Made by a program: the position numbers and the translations under genes. The notes beneath the pieces were generated by a model. The model did not search any database, was not told the origin of the DNA, and saw only the letters and a program-made list of their open reading frames with translations. This document shows, piece by piece, positions 39,792-52,595 of a DNA stretch of 64,000 nucleotides (positions within the stretch are counted from its first letter, which is position 1; every line of letters starts with the position of its first letter). The DNA is from Catajapyx aquilonaris (Eukaryota). The stretch spans positions 1-64,000 of the forward strand of contig KZ538423.1 of assembly GCA_000934665.2 (NCBI GenBank), read 5' to 3'.

Positions 39792-40159
39792 CCAGAAGAA
39801 ATTTAGGCTCAAAAAAGTGCAGTTTTCAGCACTCACAAGGGAACGACCAGGGTCAGTCGCCTCCGATTTGGTTGAAACTTTCTTGAGGGGTCACTCATAT
39901 GCGATGGACACAATCGTAAAAGTTCTAGATGACACTGCCCAGCCGTTTCCGAGATATGAGTGGCCAAAATTGTGATATTTTGTCGGTCACATCTAGGAAA
40001 CGGATGGACAGTGGCATCTAGGACTTTCACCACTGTGTCTATCGCATATGAGTGACCCCTCAAGCGAGTTTCAACCAAATCGGAGGCTACCGACCTTGGT
40101 CCAGTAGTCCGAAAGTGGGTTAGATAGCCCGAACGTACAAACTTTCTGGTATATTCTGA
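39792..40159 (-). mobile_element. Non-autonomous Helitron-like element with internal ~250-bp foldback
   Basis: On the minus strand: A|TC start, cagaaagtttg...ctaacccactttcggactactg shared with 58950-59375, and a CTGG|T end. 39846-40101 is an imperfect palindrome. Confidence 0.6.
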
Positions 40160-41559
40160 TTTTGCCTCGTGTTCATATAACAGTGGGTTACACTTGAAGC
40201 ACTTTCAGCACTTTGCGACCATGATGCCACCACCGTTGATTTTTACCCGATTTGTAAGGCGCCGGCTTACTAATTATGACAATCCCTCCCTGTAACGCTT
40301 GGCATAATCAGATCCCCCCCACATTCCCACTCTGGGCCTCCACTCTTTTTTACCTTCTCCCCCCTCTATATCTCCCTCCTTCTCCATCCCCCACTCCCCC
40401 ACTTCCAGCAGCCTTTGGCACCATCAGCCCCATATTCTTCCAGCCGCGATGGAAGTGTAACTTCGTTTGCAGGCGCCAAATTGACCCCTTCAGGCCAAGC
40501 CCCGCTTCAGGGGGTTACTCGGTGCAGCCCCTGCCTTTCCTTGGCCTCCGTTGGGCTTCTGCTGCAAATTATATGCGAAATAGCCTGACAATTAGATTGG
40601 GACCCCCGACGGGATCGCCCCAGACCTGCCAACCTTGCCGAAATTTCTAGGCCCGACCTCTCAATCTTCAACCGGAAAACTATATGACACTATTGGTAAA
40701 ATGCGATAGAAAAAGCTGCTGTGTGTATATTAGTTGTGTAGCAATATTAATGACTGGCTTGTTCAAATAGAGATCGATTGTGAGTTAACAGTGTCTACGT
40801 GATGTGCCTGTTAAAAGCATTGTAGCACCCTGTAAAACTAGGAATAAAGTTTTTAATTTCTTCCTTAGCATTAAATTAGCCCGCAGATGATGTTTTCCTG
40901 CAATTTTTATGGTGCGGCTCTTATGACCCTCAGTCACAGCAGGGGTTGCTATATAAATGGCAACTCAGCACGACCGTGGTCTAATAGGTTCAACTGCATG
41001 TGAAAAAATATTATAAAGTTGTATACAAATATGTTGCCTTTTAATAATGCATTGGTTTAAATTCGCTTTAAACAAAATGTAACATACCAAACTCGTTAGT
41101 TTCAACGCCACATCTACGCCAATAATAAGCTTTGAACATGTGTCAGTTACAGTGCTGCTGTTCCATCCATATCATGACATTTCACCTCGAAACTGTAACC
41201 TGGGACGAGATAAACACAAACTACAATGCAATTCCATTTCGTTTTAAAAATACAGTGAGTGTAATTCTGACATTGCGCACTCGAAATAGAAGCTATAATA
41301 ATTTTGTAATTCAATTCCATTAAAGGCTCACATGCGGCCTGACATAATCACTATAGCCTACATTATTTTATTTTTTAACATATGGAACATCATTTGTCTG
41401 GCGAATCTAGTAAAATTAATGTATTGACCTATGTAGATTATTCATAGATTTAATTATTTTGATACAAGGTATAAATTATGCCTGGATTATATAATTTATT
41501 TTGGATACTATTTTCTATCACCATCATCATTACCATCGTCGTCGTGATTGCTGTTAGCC

Positions 41560-41560
<1 letters not shown>

Positions 41561-41630
<70 letters not shown>
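41561..41630. repeat. (ATT)n microsatellite
   Basis: Directly visible. Confidence 0.97.
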
Positions 41631-42739
41631 GTTAATTCCGTACAACAATGTACAGCAGTAACAGCTGAAATAAAATACTTAATTTACTTATAATTTCATG
41701 CGGGTCATTAGCACATTTCTAGTATAAAAAGTGTCGTCATTGTAAATTTTAAAAACAGCAGCAAATTCACAAAATTTTACTTAAAACTGACTAATAAACT
41801 ACCGGTAATTATTAGTTTATTAGTTTTTAAGTAAATTTTGTGAAATACTCTGCTTGTTTTTAAACAATACTCGACATTAGTTGGTAATCTTACGTGGGAC
41901 AAAATAACTTATCTTTCAGCACCAGTCTATTCAGCAAAAATTGGGTTCAACAATTGACTTCAGGTGCCAATTAGCCAAATCGCTCAAACCAACTTCAGAT
42001 TGGCCTAAAATTAACCGTTAAAATTAAGCTGCTTAGTGCGAAAAAAATGGCTGAAATTACATCCATTACTTTCATATCCCATACTTTTTAAGATATTCTG
42101 AACGCAATCGAGCTTGCAAGTCCACACGCCCTAACAAGGTAGCTTCTGTTGCAAACTGCTTCAGATTTGCAAGGTCTGGCAGAAACAATATCACTGGCAA
42201 GTGGGTGGGAAATGAGAGGGGGGGGGGGGGTATATATTGGCAGTCCTGGCACCGAGGTACTTAACTGGCATCTCCTTCGGTTGCCATCGTAACCTGGGCG
42301 TCGGAAGGATAATTGTGCCCACAGGGTTTAAGCCTGCTTCTCAGGGCGTCATACTTCCTTCATTTGCTGGTTGGGTTGCTAGATAGGTAAAGGCACCAGA
42401 AAGCAGCACGACTTTCTCCAAGATGCCACCAGATGCCACCAGCAGAGGATGTATTGCTCCGGGAGCTAATTACAAGGCGCGGCACACGTAGACCAAGGAA
42501 TCGATCTTCAAACTTCAAATGTTGTTTGATCCAGGCACTTGCTTCGGATAAGATGAATTTGAAGCTCGAATCAGCCATGGGAAGGGAAAAAAAAGTTACG
42601 TCTTTATTATATAAAAATTATTGAAACGAAATCGGGAAATTGAAATTCTCGATCTGCTCTCACATTTTATCGGTTAGGAGATCCAGGGTTAAGGTCGTTT
42701 CAAAGATTTCCTGAGTGGTATAACCGATCGGAAAACTTT

Positions 42740-42895
42740 GTTACAGATGGGTGTTCACATGTTTCCAGATGGGTGTTCGAATGTTTCCAGAGGGTGTTAT
42801 CCGCATGTTTACATATGGGTGTTCGAATGTTTCCAGAGGGTGTTATCCGCATGTTTACAGATGGGTGTTATCCGCATGTTTACAGATGGGTGTTC
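42740..42895. repeat. 22-25-bp minisatellite (atgtttMcagaKgggtgtt...)
   Basis: About 7 units visible. Confidence 0.88.
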
Positions 42896-44856
42896 TCAAC
42901 ATTTTCTTCTGTTTGATTGATTAAAAGTATGAAATCTGTATTTAAAAAATTGCCAAATTTTTCTCCCCAAAAACTGGAGTTAGGACCTTCCCCTCCTTCC
43001 CTGGAGCGGTTCCTCAGGTGAAGCCAAGCCCAGTTCCCTGCGTTAATGCCCTACAAGCTCTCGTGAATACGATAAGCCCTGAGCGCCCACACCGGTTCCT
43101 TTTCAGTCCCATCTTAGCGCATGCCTCTGCTGCAGCCGGGGAAAAGCCCCTCTTCAATTATACATGGGAAGATAATTAAAGTCCGGATTAACCTCTTTCT
43201 AAGAGAATATTTCATAGAACACACACGGAAGATTTCAATGGAGTCCCTCAAAACCAAGTGGCACTCCCGAAGGGCTTCCCTAGAAGGGGTGATTAATTAT
43301 TGAAAAGGCCTTTCCGAAACGGGGGGAACAAGCGGAGATATTGAGAGGTTGGATGTAAAAAGGAAGGTAGGGGATGGAGTAGGGGGATGGAAAAGAGGGA
43401 GGGAGGGAAAAGGAAGCTGAGCTACAGTAGCTTTTCAAACTGCTTCAAATGGAAAGTTTATGACGAGAAATGGACTTGGGAGATAGGACCTATAGGTCGA
43501 GCCCTGGTTTGCAGGGAAAGTCCAATTTGAAAGAGAAGAATAGACGGCATCGGAAGGAGGAGGCGTGGGTTGGGACACCTAAGTCCCTTCTTTTCTGATG
43601 ATGTAAGCCAGGGAGGCCCGCCTGCTGCAGAACCCTACCACCCACGCTCTGATGATGGCTGTCTTTCTGCTTGAGGCAGCGTTTCGAGCGTTCTGCAAAC
43701 ATGTACAAGGGGGTTTGGGGATTCAAACTCTATGACTACAGTTGCTCCGATGCTTTTCTGTACTGGGGAGGCTACACGTAGCTAGGAGGGACGCTCTTTC
43801 TCTGATTGTCCGATGCTACTGTGAGTGGTACCGCATTTGGACGCGTTTTCTGGGTTGTAAAGCACCCGTGTGTTTAGCTTAATGAAGTCGACAGAGGTTT
43901 ACTTTATTTGTGTAGTTCGTCAGATATTATTCTCACACTAGTTACTAGCAGAGGATCCGTTCTTCGCACGGGTATTGATAAATGAGATACAGGGAGCAAA
44001 GTCCTACAATCCTAACTTATGGGTAATTTAGACTTTTAACCTTCAGAGTACTGAGACTGCTGAAACACTCCTCCAAGAATCCAGGGATCGAACTCAGACC
44101 TCAGAGGTGTAAACAGTCCTATCTTGTCACAAATCCGTCCCCAGTGTGTATGCAAAAATGAGACAGGATCTGTGTCGCATCGTCAGAAACTTGGCACCAA
44201 AGATTGGCGTGTTCGGAATTAGCTAAAGTACGGTATCAATATTAATAAGCGCATGGCCTGGGGTACTGAGCCGAAGCACTGTACAGTGCGGTACTGTAAC
44301 GGGAGCAAATCCATCCGAGGAAGGAGCATCCCTCAGGTACGACCACTGACACGTGGGACGCCCAATTTTTCTCTCAGAACCGAATCATTAAATATTATTC
44401 ACATTTGTATTAAAGTGTGTAATATACTTGAAATTATTTTCATTTTCGAATAAGTATTATAAATATTTGGGTTAGCTTCTGGTATGTGTCTCATTTTTAC
44501 ATTAATTTTGAAGGAAAAAAGTGATACCCGTCCTAATCAAGGTCCTAATGGTAACTAGGCGAATATGATTCGATGTCATAAATGGCACTATTTAGTCGCA
44601 CGTGCTGGATGAGGCTGACTGAGTCAGAGGCTGTGGAGGAATAAGCTCGATCACGGATGCGGGTATGGGGAATGGAAATGACGCCGGTTTCACGGAATAA
44701 ATGCGGGCACGGTGGGATGAAGATGGGTGAAGCCGAGAGGATGTCAGACGACTACTGGAAATAACTTGTCTCTTAATGTCCCCAGATTGGAGTAGAGAGA
44801 AGCACAGCTGTATGCCTTTAACAACAGAGTTTGCATCCCACTGAAATGGAAGATGC

Positions 44857-44937
<81 letters not shown>

Positions 44938-45318
44938 TTTAAATTTCAAATGTAAATAAATTATTTGGTTAAATTAGAAATTTAAAACAACAACTATACT
45001 GCTGCTGCTGCTGCTGCTACTACTACTACTACTCTAGGATTACACGGTGGCGGAGTGGTTAGCGCCGCACCGTTCCATCTCTAAGGCCTCGAGTTCGATC
45101 CCCTGGTCGGATGGAGGATACTTATGTGGATAGAGGTTCGATGAGTTCTCTCCGTGTTCGCGTGGGTTTTCTCGGGGTTCTCCCGTTTCCTCCCACTAGC
45201 AAAATCCATCACAGCGCAGGCAATGATGAAAGACGGTTATTCAAATGACGATCCCCTAAGAGGCCCAAGGAGGCCTATCACGGGGTATCAATTACTACTA
45301 CTACTACTACTACTACTA

Positions 45319-45353
<35 letters not shown>

Positions 45354-45469
45354 ATCTACTACATATCTTAGTGTTAGAAGTGTAATGGTTTTTTCAAATA
45401 TCGTCCAAATTAAAAAATTAAAATGGCAAAAGCGAGGGCAAAAGTGGTATTAGTAGTAGCAGTAGTAGT

Positions 45470-45518
<49 letters not shown>

Positions 45519-45607
45519 TTTAAATTTTAAATTTAAACAAAGGGTGATAGAAGAGTCATGGTTTTAAAAACTGGACATCTCCAAATTAAAAAATTAAAAT
45601 GGCAAAA

Positions 45608-45654
<47 letters not shown>

Positions 45655-45702
45655 AGAAGAAGAAGAAGAAGAAGAAGAAGAATTAGTAGTAGTAGTAGTA
45701 GC

Positions 45703-45736
<34 letters not shown>

Positions 45737-45825
45737 AATTTCAAATTAAACAAATTAGTGTTAGAATAATAGTAATGATTTTTAAACATTGTCCAAATTG
45801 AAAAATAAAATAAAATGGCAAAAAT
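44857..45825. repeat. Composite repeat: (AGT)n/(GAA)n microsatellites alternating with a ~90-bp spacer
   Basis: tccaaattRaaaaa...aaaatggcaaaa occurs 3 times, and microsatellite tracts sit between the copies. Confidence 0.85.
45040..45352 (+). mobile_element. tRNA-derived SINE type 2 with V-domain-like core, copy 2
   Basis: A-box TGGCGGAGTGG, B-box GAGTTCGATCCC, core ttctctccgtgttcgcgtgggttttctcggggttctcccgtttcctcccac, tail cccctaagaggcccaaggaggcctatcacggggta followed by (CTA)n. Confidence 0.88.
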
Positions 45826-47660
45826 TGATAAATTGTAATATCGTTAGCAAGTAGTGTAGTGAATTTCCACCCCATCCGTCAGAGTGTTAAATGAGCATAT
45901 ATTCACATAGTGTGATCTACTCATCTACAAAATAATACATATATTCTTATAGCCCTCTACTACCCTTTAGGATGTCTTAGAAGACCCACGTACATTATTC
46001 TGGAGCCAAGTCAGAAAAAGAAAAAAATTGAAAATTCTAAAAGAAAAATGCAAAAGACGAGCATGGGTATGGCATGCAAAGGTAGCTGTGAAGTGAATCT
46101 TGGATTCCATATTTTGAGTTTGGCTGGAAGAACGAGGCCGAGAGAAAGCCGTCTCGGTTGAAATATCCCCCCAGTAGGAAGCGATTGCTGCAGTCTCCGC
46201 CTCTCCGGCAAAAGGCCCCGAAAATAGAGGTATTTAGGTTGATGAGGCGAATTTTAAAGCACCTCTCGGTAAAAGGGCGACATTTGCATGGTAATGAAGC
46301 ATGATAAGGAGATTACCGAAGAAACGTGGAAAAGTATGCCGGAGGAGATTCACTTAGGACTTAGAAAACTGTTTTTAAAACTTTTCGTCTTGTAGTAGAA
46401 ATGTAGGGGGGAGGGTAGGAAAAGGTAGAGAGGGGGAGGGAAGGAGGGAGAAAAAAAAAGAAGTACAAGGATCTGCCTTAAGCTGGGAGTCGATTTCGTG
46501 AGCTAGGAAAGGGTTTAAAGAAAGGGATTTGCTCCCGAGATGGCTCTTACATTCGGCGACTAAGTAGGCCTACTAGGATCTGGTAACACCGTTCTAATTG
46601 TTTCGGGGATCTGGAAAAGCTCAGGTGAAAATGGCGTCGAGGAAAAGGGGAACCCCCTCGGAATCCAAGTCCGGGATTTGGCCAAAAGAGCCCCACGCCC
46701 TATAAAAGTGACATTTATCTTTTTTCCTCTCTCCTTGCCTTTAATGAGGTGGACTTAGCCTATAGGGCTGATAATGTGCAGGATATAATGTGTGTAACAA
46801 GTGCTCCCCGAAGGAACTTTACCATTGATCCTCAGCTTCCTGGAAGAATGTGGCCATCTGTATAAAACAGAAGCTTTGTTAGTATGACCGGGATATCTAA
46901 CCCACTTTCAGACTAAGGCTAAGAATGTTCCAAAACTCCAAAGTTTTGACAGCAGGACGAATAATTGACATTTTCCACCCATCCGTGGCAGTACAGCATG
47001 TCGAAATTATAATTTAGGCATACTGCTGTACTGCCACGGAAGGGCCAGATACACTTGACTGTAAAGTTCACTGGAGTACCAAATTCAAGGAGTACCAAGG
47101 AGTACCTGGGAGTACCCAGGACAAGGAGTACTAAGAAGTAACTGGGAGTACCACTGCAGGTACCTGTGTACCGAAGTGGTTAACCCCTTGGCCAGACAAA
47201 TCTATAGCTTTGTGAAAAAATCAGCAACGACAAGGACAAACCAGTGTGAACCAACTGGTCCTGTCGATTCATTGCCACGGACAGCCACGGAAGAGGAACG
47301 AGCCGAAATAGGAAACAGAGTGGCTGCTTCTGTAATACATTGCATTATGCACATGAATTATGAAGGTGACTCTTACCTGCCTTCCTCTTCTGTGTGCTTC
47401 CAAGGAGCCTTGGGAGCAAATGTGACACTCAAAGTGGCATTTGCATGATTTTCCACCGCCAGTGTCTCAGCCCACACACATCTTCTCTTATACTCAAAGT
47501 TGCTGAATTCTGGAGGCGAATTCCCTCTGGAGGGCAGGAGAGAATGGGCTTCGAATCAGATTTGCGAATGGCAACCCAACAACTCCGAAGAAATATACAA
47601 TCACATATGGTCTCGACAGTGTTCATCGGGTGCCCTGCTTTTCCAGTGGATTTCACTGCA

Positions 47661-47915
47661 CAGCGTTGGACATTAATCGCGTCGTACTGCTAGCGACATT
47701 GGATGTGGCAGACGTGCAAATCGAAGTGCGAGCCATGCGAGAAAGAAATGGTAGGTCTTGGGTGACGTCACTGGCTGGGGACAAGCCTTTTTGTCCATTG
47801 CCCCACAGCCGGTGACGTCACCCAAGGCCTACCTCTTCTTACTCGCACGGCTCACACTCTGCCGCATCACTGGAAAATGTCGCTAGCAGTATGACGCGAT
47901 TAATGCCCAACACTG
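47661..47915. mobile_element. Foldback MITE (CAGTGTTGG termini, hAT-like)
   Basis: Palindromic over most of its length. Flanks cactgca/tactgca. Confidence 0.8.
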
Positions 47916-50717
47916 TACTGCACTGTACGTTATTGTGGCTTTGCCCACCACGACGAATATGTCACAGGGGCGAAACGGTGGGAGCGAAAAGTCCGGATCC
48001 CGCGACAGGGGTCAGTCTGGACATCGGCGGTAACTACCACTGCAATGTTAGCAAATCCACAAAATAAGTCATGTCTGTTACGAAACTCCTTAGATTTAGT
48101 GCTTGGAGTTCGTACAGGGGGTGTTGGGTAATGTGTTTCGTTTGCGTTAGAAGAGATTTAAAAAAAACGACTGGCAAAAAAATCTGGAGGGATTTGTAAG
48201 AGGAGGAACGTTCTTCCATTAAGGTCCAAATTTAAGCGCTTGCCTTTGCCAAAAGTTTTTAATGACGAACTTTTCATTCGCAAACGCTCAGGCGCAGTGT
48301 AGAAAAGTCGAAAAATGTCTATTAGATTTTCCTCCGGTGGCGCCCGATTCGTTAGAAAATCGTAATTAAAAAGGTCGGCTCTTCTCCAAATAAATGGTAC
48401 TCCTGATTGGGGAGGAAGAGGCAGAGGGCTCGGGTCCTTCAGATGATAACTTCATTAGCGTAATCGCAGAGGAAAGTCGTGCAAAGCCTCTGCTGGAGTC
48501 AGCGGATTCCAGAAGGGCTTGGAGGGAAGGCTGCTGCTGGAAGAGGGAAGTGGGAGGTGGTGGGGAGAGGAGAATTTAAGGGGGGAGGTGGATAGATGTG
48601 AAGGGAGGGAAAGTTACATAGACGGAAATGGTCACTGCAAAGGGTGAGATTTATGCTCCATCTGAGACCGATTAGTCAATTTTCTCAAGCCGAGCTGTTC
48701 GGATGGTGGTATGGTAAAAACCAGGTACACCAGTTCGGGTAACCGCTGGACCGCTCTAGTCATTAACTGGCTAATTGGCATGGGGCGGTTTAAAAAAAAT
48801 AGATGCATTAATGAGGGGATTAGAAGCAGGGAAGTCGAAGATGCTGAGTAAATTCGATTTCTGTGCAGAATTTAATATTTATTATTATAAATGAATTTTA
48901 GCTCGAACTTTAAATTATATGTTTTGGGTTGTAATGTACAGTGCACTATATCTCAAATTAAGTACATGGCTTTAAATATTAAAGTAAGCATGTCAAAAAT
49001 ACCGCACTTATCCTGTAGCTATGCAAACATCAGTACTTGTAGATTCTGATGGTTGCATGATCGCAGGATATGTTTTCCGGTATTTTCATCGCATTCATTT
49101 TTTATAACAAATTACATATTATAAATGACATTAACCCCTTGAATGATAGTCAACATGCATGTAACATATTTTATTTTCGAATATGTGTATTTACCAACAT
49201 AATATTAATTTAGTAAATATTTGACTATACGAAGTGTTCAATAATCTATATGGTGATAAGGGTTGAAGTTTCCATGTCGAGGGGGATGTACAGGAATCAG
49301 GTAAAATCAATAATTTCAAAAGTGGAACTTCGTTAAAAAAAATTCCAAGCAGGGAGTTCAAGCATAAATTAATCAGGCTGGAATCGAGAAAATCCTCACG
49401 GACGCGATTTGAATAACTTTCCATAAATGAATATCTCGACAGGACTACATCCTTTTTGTTATGTGAAATCATAATTGATTGATTACCAGGTGAATTCATG
49501 ATCGCAGAATCGATTTTCGCTCTGATTTCATCTAGTAGGCCTAATTTTGATACATACTGTAGGCCTTTAAACTCTACTAAATAACAGAATTAATAATATT
49601 TTAATTTAATATTATAAAATATTGAACTTATGAGGTTTTCGTCCACAGTATAAGGTCAGTAACCCCTGGTTGAGGTAATTGAAATATTTACTGTCAGTTT
49701 CCTATGCTGTAAGCCTACTTTACTTCTGGATGGGGTAAAATTGCCCTGCGTCTCATGTTACGTTGAATTGTCCACTCCTGGTCAGAGCACCATTGTCGTG
49801 TGGTGGAAGGAAATATGGACAAAATGCCTTTCGGATACCAGCAGAGGGAATGTGAGGATGGTGGACATTCGCTTTTGATACTGAAAAGAGTTTGGCTTAG
49901 CTTTGCCCAGTGCAGCTGACCGCTATGAAACCCGCATTGCAGTGGTAAGGCCCAAGCCCACTCAAGATAAACCTTAAACATGTTCGGAATTATCCTGCAC
50001 CATACTATGTAGTAGCTATGCCATCACAAAATGCCGTTAGACATCATGGAAAACAATGTGTTACACAATACTGTATAAAATATTTTCGTTTAAACAGCTC
50101 AATATTATCCATAAAACTTCAACTGATCAAACTGAGTGCCACTAATTTGCAATCTCACCTGACTTAAATTCATTAAACACAACTTCAGTGGTTTCTAAAA
50201 AGTAGTCAAATTCTTAGTGTTGTCTTATTTAGTAACCAAAATTAGAAAAACCCAATAGAATTGCTCAAATTCAGGTACCAAAAGGCTTCATAAAATTCAC
50301 TGAATATATCTTAGCCTCATATACAAGTACAGTACACAGTTGCATAATCATTGCTCTCAATGTACTTAATTACATAACAAGCACGTAGATATCCTATAAA
50401 CAGAACATCCACTTATCTGATTATTTGCAATTGTACGGCGAGATTACAGTTCAGTTACACTGCAAATAATCCTCCCCGTTAATGTATCCAAGCCTTAAAG
50501 CACTTACTAATATTGAGGAAAAAGGTAGTGCGCAATCTGTGTAAATCCACATGTTATGAAGTGCTAAACAACTCTGCAGCTTACACAGTGTAATTACGCT
50601 AATAATGCAATACAAAGATTAGCACATGTTGCACTATTCACCCGTTATGATATGATCTAATCTGCAGAAATGTGTACGTCAGCTTGAACATATTGTGCTC
50701 TTTGTCACTACAGAAAT

Positions 50718-50738
50718 CGTAGTTGTAGTAGTCGTTGC

Positions 50739-50790
<52 letters not shown>

Positions 50791-50849
50791 TAGTTGCTGT
50801 TATTGTTACGGTACTAGTGGTGGTGGTGGTAGTAGTAGTAGTTGCAGTT

Positions 50850-50907
<58 letters not shown>

Positions 50908-50990
50908 CTGTTGCAGTTGCAGTTGCAGCAGCAGTAGTAGCTGTTGCTGTTGCAGTAGTATTAGTAGCCGTAGTAGTCGTCGTCGTCGTA
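50718..50990. repeat. Mixed trinucleotide microsatellite (AGT/GGT/GCA)
   Basis: Directly visible. Confidence 0.95.
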
Positions 50991-52204
50991 ACCCTTTGCG
51001 TCTCCCAGGGCAAAGCCTCATGATGACGACTATAATTACCCTAATAGACCATCATACGGGCAGTAAATTACAGGTCAGTTTCCTGCAGCTGCATGGTCCT
51101 TTAAGGCAGCTAATTTAGGTCCGGCCTATCCCTCCGATGCTCCGTCTTTGAATCTTCCTCCGAGCAATCTCCGGAGAGCCACTAGCGGTGCAGTGCAGGT
51201 ACTTAGGTTAGTAGCATGGACACCAAACCGCAAAGTCCAACTAGGTAAGACCCCCCCCCCCCCCAATGCCGTTGACAGTATCCAATCCGCACTGCCCCGT
51301 TGTAAAACCGCCATGGCAGCAGGAAAACCGCATTGGAATGCCCGGGACCACCCTCATCCCGGGGCCCAATTGAGCCCTCCTTTCCTCCAGGGGCCGCCCC
51401 ACAAGCACCATTGCTTCTCCTCGGGCCGGCCTGTAGCAGATTGAAGGCATCAGGTCGAATGTCCCCCCAGGCCACTCCAAACCCTCCCACTCCCTTCCCC
51501 CCCCACCCCACCGACGCCCATTTGCAAAGTTGGGCAGACGTCTCCGGCTGCCTAGGGCCGACCATAACCCCACGACTGAGGTGACCCGCGGGCCCCCCCA
51601 CGGCCCTCTTTTCTTTGCGACGACTCTGCCCTCCCTCCCCCCCCCCTCCCTTACCACCACCCGGCCCTCAAATCAAGCCACTGTCGGGGGAGGAAGGGGA
51701 GGGAGGAAGAGGACTATACTCTTGGATGGCACCCACGGCTGCCATTGACTCTTTTCTTTATTTTTTTGGAGAGAGTGGTGAAGAGAGCTGTTGAAAGAAT
51801 GCGACGGCCTTGATATTGTCGGTGCATTGCGGAAACCATTTTGGTCGCATGTGAAGAAGGCTCAAATCTTTACATAGTGTGTCATTAATTTGCGAAATTG
51901 ATTTATTTATACTTATTAGCCACTTATTTTCTGCATCAAGTCGTCATATTTTCTGGATATATATCCATATTACATCCCGCTATGTATCGATACATATCGA
52001 TATTCTAGCTGTACTCGCTTCTGCAGTACATATAGTAAAATGGGAACATATCGATATTCATGGCATCATGGGTGACAGCATGGGCCGTGATTGTCTTTAT
52101 TTTATTTCATTTCATTTTTAATGTTAGGCGTAATTAAATATTTACTTAGTTTATGAAAATCATCATCTTATGAAATTTATTTATTTTATGAAAATAATTT
52201 ATTA

Positions 52205-52595
52205 TTTAATAAAATTAATGTATTAATTTATGAAATTAATGTATTACTTTATGAAATTAATGTATTGCTTTATGAAATTAATGTAAATTACTTTATGAAA
52301 TTAATGTATTACTTTATGAAATTAATGTATTAATTTATGAAATTAATGTATTAATTTATGAAATTAATGTATTACTTTATGAAATTAATGTATTACTTTA
52401 TGAAATTAATGTATTACTTTATGAAATTAATGTATTACTTTATGAAATTAATGTAAATTACTTTATGAAATTAATGTGTTGCTTTATGAAATTAATGTAA
52501 ATTACTTTATGAAATTAATGTATTACTTTATGAAATTAATGTATTAATTTATGAAATTAATGTATTAATTTATGAAATTAATGTATTATTTAATA
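52205..52595. repeat. 21-bp AT-rich minisatellite (TTTATGAAATTAATGTATTAC, ~18 units)
   Basis: Directly visible. Confidence 0.95.
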
